Below the pieces are notes generated by a model that saw only the letters and a list, made by a program, of their open reading frames with translations, was not told the DNA's origin and searched no databases. DNA of 64,000 nt from an uncultured Acidobacteriota bacterium (GTDB taxonomy: Bacteria > Acidobacteriota > Vicinamibacteria > Fen-336). Each line of letters opens with the position of its first letter. The first letter of the stretch is position 1. This document shows positions 29,738 to 39,645 of the stretch, in pieces. The stretch spans positions 1,152,001 to 1,216,000 of the forward strand of contig OY970399.1 in assembly GCA_963720545.1 (NCBI GenBank), given 5' to 3'. A program made the translations under genes and the position numbers.

Positions 29738-32303
29738 ATGAAGGTCACCATTCCCGAGCTTTCCCTTGTCGCGTTGATCGGTCCGACGGGCTCGGGCAAA
29801 TCCACGTTTGCCCGGCAGCATTTCAAGCCCAGCGAGGTGCTGTCGTCGGACTATTGCCGGGGGCTCGTGTCGGATGACGAGAACAGCCAGGCGGCGACCC
29901 GCGACGCCTTCGATGTGCTCTATTTCATCGCTTCGCAAGCGGCTGGCAGCCGCGAGGCTCACCGTCATCGACGCGACCAATGTGCAGCCGGAGGCGCGTA
30001 AGCCCATCGTGGCGCTGGCCCGCGAATACCACTGCCTGCCGGTGGCCATCGTCCTGAACCTGCCCGAGAAGCTCTGCCACGAACGCAACCGCGACCGGCC
30101 CGAGCGCGCGTTTGGTCCGCACGTCGCGCGCCAGCAGGCCCAGAGCCTGCAACGGTCGCTCCGGAACCTGAAGGGCGAGGGGTTCCGCCACGTCTTCGTG
30201 CTGTCGTCGCCGGAAGAGATCGCAGCCGTCGAGATCGAGCGCCAGCCGCTCTGGAACAACCTCAAGCACGAGCACGGGCCCTTCGACATCATCGGGGACG
30301 TGCACGGCTGTCGTGATGAGCTTGTCGCATTGCTGGGTCGTCTTGGATATGCAACGGATGCGAATGGCGTCGTCCGCGGCACCCGTACGCGCGCAAGGTC
30401 GTCTTCCTTGGCGACCTCGTCGACCGTGGTCCGGACACGCCCGGTGTACTGAGGACTGGCGATTGAGCATGGTCGAGGCAGGGACGGCACTCTGCGTTCC
30501 CGGAAACCACGAGATGAAGCTGCATGCGCAAGCTGCGCGGACGGAAGGTCCAGGTCACGCACGGGCTTGCGGAATCCCTCGCGCAGCTCGAGCGCGAGCC
30601 GGCGTGAGTTCACGCAGAAGGTCACGACCTTCATCGACGACCTTGTGAGCCACTACGTGCTCGATGGCGGGAGGCTGGTGGTGGCGCATGCCGGAATGAA
30701 AGAATCGATGCAGGGACGCGGTTCGGGCAAGGTGCGCGACTTCGCACTCTACGGCGAGACCACCGGTGAAACCGATGAGTTCGGGCTGCCGGTTCGATAC
30801 AACTGGGCAGCCGAGTATCGCGGCTCGGCCATGGTCGTCTACGGCCACACGCCGGTGCCGGAACCCGAATGGCTGAACAACACGATCTACATCGACACCG
30901 GCTGCGTCTTTGGCGGGCGCCTCACGGCCCTGCGCTATCCGGAAAAGGAACTCGTTTCGGTGCCGGCGGCCCGGACCTACTGCGAGCCGGCCCGGCCCTT
31001 CCTGACGCCGGAAGCTGAATTGCCGGCGCTCACGGCTCAGCAGGAGCACGACGACCTGCTCGATATCGACGACGTGATGGGCAAGCGAATCGTCGCGACA
31101 CGCCTCCATCACAACGTCACCATCCGGGAAGAGAACGCCATCCCCGCCCTCGAGGTGATGAGCCGTTTCGCCGCGAATCCGAAATGGCTCATCTACCTGC
31201 CGCCCACGATGTCGCCGTCGGAGACGATCGCGCGAACCCGGCCTCCTCGAACACCCGGCCGAGGCCTTCGCCTACTACCGTGCTCATGAAGTTGCGAAGG
31301 TCGTCTGCGAAGAGAAGCACATGGGCTCGCGCGCGGTCGTGATCGTGTGTCGTGACGATGACGCGGCACGGCGGCGCTTCGGTGTCACGGGGCAAGGAAT
31401 CGGCATCGTCTACACGCGAACGGGCCGGCGGTTCTTTCCGGATCACGACACCGAGCGAGCGCTGCTGGATCGCCTGGCTGCGGCCCTGACGGCAACGGGC
31501 CTGTGGGAGGAGTTCAACACCGACTGGTTCTGCATCGACGCGGAGCTGCTGCCGTGGTCGGCAAAGGCGCTCGAGCTGGTCAAGAGTCAGTACGCTGCGG
31601 TCGGAGCAGCGGCTCGTACAGGTTTGCGCGACGCAGTTGCTGCGCTTGCGCACCGCCGCAGAGCGGATCCACGGCGCCGAGCGACGCTTGATGCGAGAGG
31701 TACCGCGACCGCGAGTCGCGGGCGATCGGCATACGTCGACGCCTATCGCCACTACTGCTGGCCGGTGGAGTCGCTCGCCGACTTGAAGCTCGCGCCCTTT
31801 CACCTGCTGGCTTCAGCCTGCGGCGTCCATGTCGACCGCGACCATTCGTGGCACATGGAGACGCTCGCGAGAGTCTGCGCCGCGGAGCCGGAGATCCTTC
31901 TCGCTACGCCCTATCGCGTCATCGACCTCGGCGATCAAGCGAGTCAGGATGCCGCTCTCGCGTGGTGGATTGAGCTGACGAGCCGCGGCGGCGAGGGCAT
32001 GGTGGTGAAGCCGCTCGATTTCGTCGCCCGCGATCAACGCGGCGTCGTCCAGCCCGCCGCTCAAGATCCGAGGACGTGAGTACCTGCGAATCATTTACGG
32101 GCCGGAGTACGACCGTCCGGAGAACCTGGAGCGACTGCGCGCACGAGGTCTTGTCATCGAAGCGCTCGCTCGCGCTGCGCGAGTTCGCCCTTGGCATCGA
32201 GGGCCTCGAACGCTTCGTCCGCGGCGAGCCGCTCCGCCGCGTTCATGAGTGCGCCTTCGGCGTGCTGGCCCTGGAAAGCGAACCCGTGGATCCTCGGTTG
32301 TAA
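29738..32303 (+). CDS. pnkp: Polynucleotide kinase-phosphatase-ligase Pnkp (six or more frameshifts)
   Basis: GPTGSGKST, IGDVHG, GDLVDRG, GNHE, IDTGCVFGG, EEKHMGSR, GEGMVVKP, C-terminal ESEPVDPRL. Confidence 0.92.
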
Positions 32304-32319
32304 GGTTGTCGTGCGACGC

Positions 32320-32781
32320 TTACAAGCCCCATGATGTGCGCCAGCTTTGCGGTGTGTCGAATCCGGCGAGCGAGGCGAAGAGGCTCCATTGGCCGTGATG
32401 GATTGCCTCGTGCTGGACGAACTCCCAGGTGAAGAGCGCGAAGGTGAAGGGGGTTCCGTCCCAGTCGATCACTGCGCCGATGTCAGCGGCTTCGAGGGTT
32501 GCGAGCAGCTGCCGCTGTTTGTCGTCGAGGGCTTTGAGGAGCGCGTCGCGGGTCAACAGCCCGGAGTAGTGGTCGTGCTTTCGCTTCCAGTCCACCTTTC
32601 CAGTCGCCAGCGCCGCGTTGTAGACGCCGCGCACGCAGACGAGGTGGCGCACCTGCTCGCAGAACGGCGCGAAGCCTTCGCCGGAACGTTGTGTCCACTT
32701 GTCGTCGGGTACCGCGCGCACGAAATCGACGGTCATCCGATGGAGTATCTGGCTGTACCTGGCGAAGTCATCGATCGACAT
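32320..32781 (-). CDS. DinB/YfiT family protein
   Basis: EQVRHL and HEAIHHGQ His motifs. Confidence 0.8.
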   Translation of the reverse strand: MSIDDFARYSQILHRMTVDFVRAVPDDKWTQRSGEGFAPFCEQVRHLVCVRGVYNAALATGKVDWKRKHDHYSGLLTRDALLKALDDKQRQLLATLEAADIGAVIDWDGTPFTFALFTWEFVQHEAIHHGQWSLFASLAGFDTPQSWRTSWGL

Positions 32782-32790
32782 GGAGCGATG

Positions 32791-33708
32791 CTAGTGGCGC
32801 GCGACGATGGCGTCGATCGCGGCCACGTCGATCTCGTAGATGTCGCCGAGGCCATTGCCCGGGCCGTCGATGCGGCGTTGCAGGGCCGCCGCGTCCATCT
32901 TCGCGGTTGATGGCGCGTCGTTGACTGCGCGGCAGCTCGACCAAATGAACTTGCGGCCGTCGCGGGAGATGGACGGCGAATACTCCTGGCGCGGCGAGTT
33001 GACCTTCGGGCCGAGATTGACGGGTGCGGTCCACGCGCCGTCCTTGCGCGCGCTTGCGTAGATGTCACAACCGCCGAGGCTGTCGGGGCGGCCGCACGAC
33101 ATGAAGTAGAGGCGGTTGCCGTCGGGCGACACGTAGGGCTCGAAGTCGTCGGCGCCGGAATTCACGGCGTCCAGGTTCTCAACGTCGGTGAAGCGGCCGT
33201 CCACTGCGCGGGCGCGATAGAGGTCGGTTTGGCCGTGGCCGCCGGCACGATCCGAGCCGAAGAACAGCGAACCGTCGGGGGCGATCGTCGGATACCACTC
33301 GCTGCCGCTGCTGTTGACGGGCGCGCCCAGGTTGCGGGGTGTGCCCCAGCCGGCGCCGGCCTTGTCCATCACCCAGATGTCGGTGTCTTCCCTGCTCGCC
33401 GTGCCGTCGACCGGCCGCTTCGAGATGAAGAAGAGTTTCCCGCCATCATTAGTAATGAAGGGGTCGGCGTCGGAGAAGACGCCGGAGAAAGGTGCCACCT
33501 GCGCTTCGCTCCAGTGGCCGCCGCGCAGCGTCGACACCACGATCGTCCAGAACTGGAACGTCGGCGTACTGCGGATGAAGTAGAGCGTGCGGCCATCGGG
33601 CGTGAACGACGGATGGCTGTCGAATGTGCCACGCGAGATCTCGCCGGGTGCAAACAGTTGCGGTTCGGTGGCGGCGAGGGCGGTGGCGAGCAGGAGCGCG
33701 AATCTCAT
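32791..33708 (-). CDS. Exported TolB-like (PD40) beta-propeller protein
   Basis: Signal peptide; repeated PSFTPDG / PTIAPDG / PYVSPDG / PSISRDG blades. Confidence 0.85.
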   Translation of the reverse strand: MRFALLLATALAATEPQLFAPGEISRGTFDSHPSFTPDGRTLYFIRSTPTFQFWTIVVSTLRGGHWSEAQVAPFSGVFSDADPFITNDGGKLFFISKRPVDGTASREDTDIWVMDKAGAGWGTPRNLGAPVNSSGSEWYPTIAPDGSLFFGSDRAGGHGQTDLYRARAVDGRFTDVENLDAVNSGADDFEPYVSPDGNRLYFMSCGRPDSLGGCDIYASARKDGAWTAPVNLGPKVNSPRQEYSPSISRDGRKFIWSSCRAVNDAPSTAKMDAAALQRRIDGPGNGLGDIYEIDVAAIDAIVARH

Positions 33709-33792
33709 CAGGCCACTGTAGAACAAGTGGCACTCCTGCGAACCGTGCAATTGGGCCTGTCCGACGGGGGCGCGATACGGGAAGGTGGACCA

Positions 33793-34371
33793 ATGGGCCA
33801 CTACACCATTCGACTTGCCGTCGTTGCCACGCTGTTCACGCTCTTGCTGACGTTCATCGAGCCGGTGTCGGCTGCAGCGCCGCCGGCGCCGCGCGACGGT
33901 GCTCACGACTTCGACTTCCACATCGGCACGTGGAAGACGCACCTGCGGCGCTTGCGGCATCCCCTGAGCGGTTCGAGCGAGTGGCTGGAGTATGACGGCA
34001 CAACCGTCGTCCGGCCGGTGTGGGGCGGCCGGGCGAACCTCGTGGAACTCGACGTGACCGGGCCGGCCGGGCATCTCGAGGGCCTGTCGCTGCGGCTCTA
34101 CAACCCGGAGTCGCGGCAGTGGAGCCTCAACTTCTCGAATACCGCCAGCGGCACGATGAGCGTGCCGACGGTCGGCGAGTTCAGTGGCGGCCGCGGCGAG
34201 TTCTATGACCAGGAGCTGCTGAACGGTCGGGCCATCCTGGTGCGCTTCGTCATCTCCGACATCACCGCCAATTCGGTCCATTTCGAGCAGGCTTTCTCCG
34301 GCGACGGGGGGAAGACCTGGGAGGTGAACTGGGTTGCGGTGGATACAAGGGAGATCCCTCGGGGCCAGTGA
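33793..34371 (+). CDS. Exported hypothetical protein (DUF1579-like beta-barrel)
   Basis: Signal peptide; HDFDFHIGTW and EQAFSGDGGKTWEVNW. Confidence 0.65.
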   Translation: MGHYTIRLAVVATLFTLLLTFIEPVSAAAPPAPRDGAHDFDFHIGTWKTHLRRLRHPLSGSSEWLEYDGTTVVRPVWGGRANLVELDVTGPAGHLEGLSLRLYNPESRQWSLNFSNTASGTMSVPTVGEFSGGRGEFYDQELLNGRAILVRFVISDITANSVHFEQAFSGDGGKTWEVNWVAVDTREIPRGQ

Positions 34372-34529
34372 ACGACAGGTGCCCCTCGGGAAGACAAGGA
34401 TCCCTCGGTCGCAGCGCTAGCGTTGAGCTCCTCGGGAAAACGGAACTAGTTTCGTAGATCTTGCGTCTTTCCCCTTGCTTACCGAGGGAAGGCTTTGTAT
34501 GCTCCCCTAGGACACCGATAGGAGGGGAC

Positions 34530-37226
34530 ATGGGGGTCGGTCGCTGGTGGTCCAAGGCGCCGCTGCGGCTGCGTTCGCTCCTGCGCGGCAAGCGCGTGGA
34601 GCGGGAGCTTGCCGAGGAACTCCAGTTCCACCTGGAGCGCAAGATCGAGGAGGGCATCGCGGCCGGCATGCCGCCGCAGGAGGCGCGTTTCGCGGCGTTG
34701 CGCGCCATGGGCGGGCTGGAGCAGCGCAAGGAAGAGATCCGCGACACGCGCGGCATCCACTGGCTCACCGACCTCGTCGCCGATGCACGCTACGCCGTGC
34801 GCAGCCTGCGACGCGCGCCGGCGCTCACTGGTTTCGTGGTGCTGACGCTGGCGCTCGGCATTGGCATGACGTCCGCGACCTTCAGCATGGTGGACGCGCT
34901 GATCTTCCGCCCCTACCCCGTGCCGAATCCGCGCAATGTCGTGACACTCGTCAGCACCTCGCGCGACTCGGGGTTCGAGCCCTTCTCCTACCGCGAATAC
35001 CTCGACATCCGCCGCGGCACACACAGCTACGACGGCGTCCTCGCGAACGCGGCCCTGCAGGCTGTCGGCTTCAGTGTCGCGAGCGGCGCGACGCCGCGGG
35101 TGAAGAGCGGCATGCTCGTTTCCGGCAACTATTTCGCCGTACTCGGCGTGGAACCGCAGGTGGGCCGGACATTCCGTGAGGACGAGGACACGGCCCCCGG
35201 ACGCGACGCCGTGGTGGTGCTGGGTCCCGACGTCTGGAAGACGGAATTCGCGAGCGATCCCGCGGTCGTCGGCCGGAGCGTGCGCCTCAACGGCACCAAC
35301 TTCACCGTCATCGGCGTGGCGCCCGACAGCTTTCCCGGGATGCTGATCTTCTCGCGCCCCGACTTCTACATGCCGCTCGCCATGGCACGGGTGTTCTCGA
35401 CCAATCCGCAGAAGAACCTCCTCGAGGACCGCGACGCTCGCGAGCTGAGCGTGAAGGCGCGCCTCAAGGGCGGCACTTCGGTGGCCGACGCGGAGAGCGA
35501 GCTGTCGGTGCTCGCTCAGGTGTTCGCGCGCGACTACCCTCACCTCAACCGCGACCGCGGCGCCGGGGTGCGCACCCAGTTCGACATGCGCACCCGCGAT
35601 GACGACGTCAACTGGAAGTTCAGCGCGATCTTCACCGCGCTGGCGCTGGCCGTGCTGCTGGTGGCGTGCACCAACGTCGCCGGACTGCTGCTGAGTCGCG
35701 CGCGCACCCGGACGCGCGAGATCGCGGTGCGCCTCGCCATCGGCGCGGGCCGCTACCGGCTGGTGCGGCTGCTGCTCGCCGAGAGCCTGGTGCTCGCGCT
35801 CCTTGGCGGCCTCGCGGGCATCGCGGTCGGCTACTCGGTCATTCGCATCCTCGGCAGCTTCAAGATCCCGACCGAACTGCCGACGATCATCCCGTTCCGC
35901 ATGGACACGCGCGTGCTGTTCGCTTGTCTCGCGTTGTCCTTGTTGTGCGCGCTCCTCTCCGGGCTGGCGCCGGCGCTGCAGAGCACCCGCGCCGACCTCG
36001 TCAACGGGCTGAAGACCGCCGACGCCGACCTGCCCGGCCGCAAGCGGCTCTGGGGGCGCAGCATGCTGGTGGTCGCGCAAGTGGCGACCTCGCTGATGCT
36101 GCTGACGGCTTCCTTCCTGATGGTGCGCAGCTTCCGGGAGAACTTCGCGTCAGGCACGGGCTTCGCGAAGGATCACCTGCTGCTGGCGCGCTTCGACCCG
36201 CGCCTGGTGCAATACGACGAAGCGCAGACGGAGCGCTTCTACAAGCTACTCACCGAGCGCATGCGCGCCGCCCCGGGCGTGCGCAGCGCCGCGCTGACGC
36301 GCAGCGTGCCGCTCGGCCTGGACGGGTTCGACCGCATCGCCTTCGCGCCGGACGGTTTCACGATGCCGCGCGACCGCGCGACCTTCACCGCGATGTCGGA
36401 CACCGTCGATGAGGGCTATTTCGAGACGATGGGAATACCGCTGCTGCGCGGCCGCGGCTTCGACACCCGCGACAGCGCCGGCGCACCGCTGGTGGCGGTC
36501 GTGAACGAGCAGTTCGCGCATCACTACTGGCCAAACCAGGATGCGCTCGGCAAGCGTATCCGGCTCGACGGCGCCACCGGACCGCAGGTCGAAATCGCCG
36601 GCATCGCGCAGACAGTGAAGTACCAGAACACGGGCGAGAAGCCGCAGGACTTCGTGTACCGGCCGTTTGCCCAGGCCCCGGCCGCGCGCATGCTGCTGCT
36701 GATCCGTTCCAGCGGCGAGCCGCTGCAGCTCGTCGGCGCGCTCAAGGAAGTGGTGCGCAGCCTCGACGCGAACCTGCCGATCGTGGAGACGCGGACCTAC
36801 GAGGACCTGTACAAGTACCACACGGTGGACGGCCCGCAGTTCGCCATCAACCTCGTCATGGCCATGGGCGCCGTCGGCCTGCTGCTCGCGATCGCCGGCC
36901 TCTACGGCCTCGTCTCCTACAACGTCACCCGCCGCACGCGGGAGATCGGCATACGCCTCGCGATCGGCGCAGAACCGCGCGACGTGCTGCGGCTGATGAT
37001 GGGCAAGGGCCTGACGCTGGTTACGATCGGCACGGCGCTCGGCCTGGTCATGGGTTTCGGCGTGGAGCGCCTCATGAACGCCGCCCTCTTCAACGCGGGC
37101 GGCGTCGACATCGTGGCCTACCTGGTGGTGGTGCCGTCGATGTTCCTCGTCACCATGCTCGCCGCGTACGTGCCGGCACGGCGCGCCGCGCAGATCGCCC
37201 CGACCCAGGCGCTGCGCTACGAATAG
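34530..37226 (+). CDS. ADOP/MacB-type duplicated ABC permease
   Basis: ELAEELQFHLE N-terminal domain; two FtsX halves with REIAVRLAIGA / REIGIRLAIGA. Confidence 0.9.
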   Translation: MGVGRWWSKAPLRLRSLLRGKRVERELAEELQFHLERKIEEGIAAGMPPQEARFAALRAMGGLEQRKEEIRDTRGIHWLTDLVADARYAVRSLRRAPALTGFVVLTLALGIGMTSATFSMVDALIFRPYPVPNPRNVVTLVSTSRDSGFEPFSYREYLDIRRGTHSYDGVLANAALQAVGFSVASGATPRVKSGMLVSGNYFAVLGVEPQVGRTFREDEDTAPGRDAVVVLGPDVWKTEFASDPAVVGRSVRLNGTNFTVIGVAPDSFPGMLIFSRPDFYMPLAMARVFSTNPQKNLLEDRDARELSVKARLKGGTSVADAESELSVLAQVFARDYPHLNRDRGAGVRTQFDMRTRDDDVNWKFSAIFTALALAVLLVACTNVAGLLLSRARTRTREIAVRLAIGAGRYRLVRLLLAESLVLALLGGLAGIAVGYSVIRILGSFKIPTELPTIIPFRMDTRVLFACLALSLLCALLSGLAPALQSTRADLVNGLKTADADLPGRKRLWGRSMLVVAQVATSLMLLTASFLMVRSFRENFASGTGFAKDHLLLARFDPRLVQYDEAQTERFYKLLTERMRAAPGVRSAALTRSVPLGLDGFDRIAFAPDGFTMPRDRATFTAMSDTVDEGYFETMGIPLLRGRGFDTRDSAGAPLVAVVNEQFAHHYWPNQDALGKRIRLDGATGPQVEIAGIAQTVKYQNTGEKPQDFVYRPFAQAPAARMLLLIRSSGEPLQLVGALKEVVRSLDANLPIVETRTYEDLYKYHTVDGPQFAINLVMAMGAVGLLLAIAGLYGLVSYNVTRRTREIGIRLAIGAEPRDVLRLMMGKGLTLVTIGTALGLVMGFGVERLMNAALFNAGGVDIVAYLVVVPSMFLVTMLAAYVPARRAAQIAPTQALRYE

Positions 37227-37234
37227 CGCAGCCG

Positions 37235-39566
37235 CTAGAACCCTGCCGTAATCCCCACCCGCAGCGTCCGGCCGAAGCCGGGCGAGATGTTGGTGTTGCT
37301 GTCGGCATTGATCCAGTACGCCTTGTCGAAGACGTTCTCGAGGTTCGCCTGCAGCCGGATGTCGCGCTTCAGCGTGTAGAACGCGGCGAGATCGACGCGC
37401 GTGTAGCCGGGCAGGGTGACGGTGTTGTCGATGGTCGCGAACATGTCGGTGCGATAGAGGACGCCGACCGCAGCGCCGAGGCGCGGCATCACCTGGTAGT
37501 GGTTCCAGAGCGACAGCGTGTGGTGCGGCACCTGCGCAACCTGGGCACCTTCCCTGGCGGTGGCGGTGGCGCTGGTGACGAAGGCGTCCTGGTACGCGTA
37601 GCCGCCGGCAACACGCCACGCCGAGGTCAGGCGGCCGGCAATGCCCAGCTCGTAGCCGTTGGTGCGCTGGCTGCCGGTCTGCACGATGCGGGTCGGGTCG
37701 TTCGGGTCGAGTGCGCGCGTGTTCTCGCGGTTCAGCCGGTAGAGGGCGGTCGTGACCGAGAGTCCGGAGACCGGCTCCCACTTCGCGCCCACTTCGTAGT
37801 TGTTGAACTTCTCCGGCTTCACCTGCTCGGTGATCGTCGTCAGCGAAGAGAACTGGTCGCCGGAGCTCGGCAGGTAAGACACGGCATAGCTGCCGTAGAC
37901 CGAAACCTCCTCGACCGGCTTGTAGACGATGCCCGCGCGCGGCGACACCAGGTTGTCGTCGCGGCCGATGACGTCGCCATTGCGGTTGTTGTGATAGGTG
38001 AGGTCGAAGCGGTCGAAGCGCACGCCGCCGAGCACCTGGAAGGACGGCGACAGCTCGAGCTGGTCCTGCACATAGACCGCCGCGACGGTGGTGTCGAGGT
38101 GGTTGTCGGCGTCGGTCGGCCCCTGGCGGAACGTCACCGGCACCGTGGTCGTCGGGTTCGAATACGGCAGCAGCAGCGAGGTCGCGGTGTCGTTGAAGAA
38201 GCCGGTGTTGCGGAAGTTGTCGGTGTTCTGGTTGCCGAGCTCGAAGCCGGCGAGCAGCGTGTGCTTGAGCGAGCCGGTCTCAGCCGTATAGATGAGGTCG
38301 GTCTGGCTGAAGAGGTTGGCACGCTGCGTAGCGTTGTTGTAAGCGGTGAGCGTGACCGTCGCCTTGTCGGCGCTGACGACGCCCGGAACGTAGTTCTGGT
38401 AGAAGCGGTCGTAGTTGCCGTAGGTGGTGCGGTTGCGCAGCGTGAGGTTGCCGGCCTTGTGCTCGGCGGTCGCGCTGACGAGGTCGACGCCGGCGCGCAC
38501 GTGGCTGTCGGCCGGGTTGCCGTAGAAGGTGGAGACATCGATGTCCGCCGGACGGCCCGCGAACGAGGTGATGCCGCGGTCGGCAACGCGCGTGTCGTGC
38601 AGGTGCTCGTATGAAACCGTCAGGCGCGTCGCCGGGCTCGCCGCGAAGGTGAGGGTCGGGTTGAACGCGTAGCGCTGCAGGTCCACGCCGTCGCGAAAGC
38701 TGTCGGAGTTCTCGTACATGGTGTTGAAGCGCAGCGCGAACTTGTCGTTCAACGGCTCGGTCGAAGTCTGCCGACACGCGCTTGTGGCCGAACTCCCCCG
38801 CCTGCAGCGTAACCTCGCGCATCGGCCGGAACAGCGCCTCCTTGGTGACGCGGTTGACGACACCGCCGCCGCCGCCGCGGCCGAAGATCATCGCGTTCGG
38901 CCCCTTCAGGGCCTCCACGCGGTCGAGGTTGTAGAGGTCGCGGTAATACTGCACGTCGTCGCGCACGCCGTTCACGAAGAAGTCGGCCGACGAACTGTTG
39001 CCGCGGATGATCACCTGGTCGCGGTTGTTCTCGCCCTGGTGCACCTGGATGCCGGGCGTGTAGCGCATGACGTCGCCGATGCTCAGCATCATCTGGTCGT
39101 GGATCAGCTCGCGGGTCGTCACCGTCACCGACTGCGGCACGTCGCGCAGCGGCGTTGCGGTCCGGGTGCCGCTGGTGATCACGTCCACGTCGTAGTCGCC
39201 GGGTGCGCGCACCGTGACCGACTCGCCGAACGTCGCCACCTTCATCGCGAACTCGAGCGACGCGGCGTCGCCCGCTCCCGCGGCCAGTTCCTGCCGCGCC
39301 TCGCCGAATCCGGCGGCAGCGACCTTGACGGTGTAGCTCCCCGGCGCCAATGCCAGGGTGAACTCGCCGTTGCCGTTGGTCTGCGCGGTCGCCATTTCGC
39401 CGCCGCCTTGCGGGACCGCTGCGACACGGGCGCCGGCGATGGCCGCGCGCGACGGATCGAGCACGCGGCCGCGCAGGGTGAAGCTTGCCGCCGCCGCGAA
39501 CAGCGGGGCGGTGGCAAGCGCCAGCACGGTTGCCAGAGTGATGATGAACTTGAATTTCATTTTCAT
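37235..39566 (-). CDS. TonB-dependent (siderophore-type) receptor with carboxypeptidase-regulatory-like N-domain (frameshift near 38760)
   Basis: PLRDVPQSVTV plug, RVEALKGP..GGVVNRVTK, NVFDKAY, terminal Phe. Confidence 0.9.
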
Positions 39567-39632
39567 AGCATCGTGACGATACTGCGCCAATTCAAGCGAG
39601 TCAACTGAAAATGAAATTGGACTCCATTTTCA
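39553..39632. promoter_or_regulatory. AT-rich operator-like inverted repeats upstream of/overlapping the TonB receptor start (Fur-like)
   Basis: TGAAAATG-N11-CATTTTCA at 39606-39632; TGAAAATGAAATT at 39606-39618 is inverted at 39553-39565. Confidence 0.55.
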
Positions 39633-39645
39633 TGGGGCCTCGGGC

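Larger units (their letters stand above)
9263..32303. mobile_element. Putative genomic island / accessory region downstream of tRNA-Thr
   Basis: Visible weakening of C/G third-position bias starting right after the tRNA; gene remnants and dense frameshifts; no integrase or att repeat seen; right boundary approximate. Confidence 0.45.

Noticed and set aside
29738..32303. Programmed frameshifting in pnkp or mtrB
   Set aside because: Too many breaks and no slippery-site/pseudoknot pattern; errors or decay explain them better
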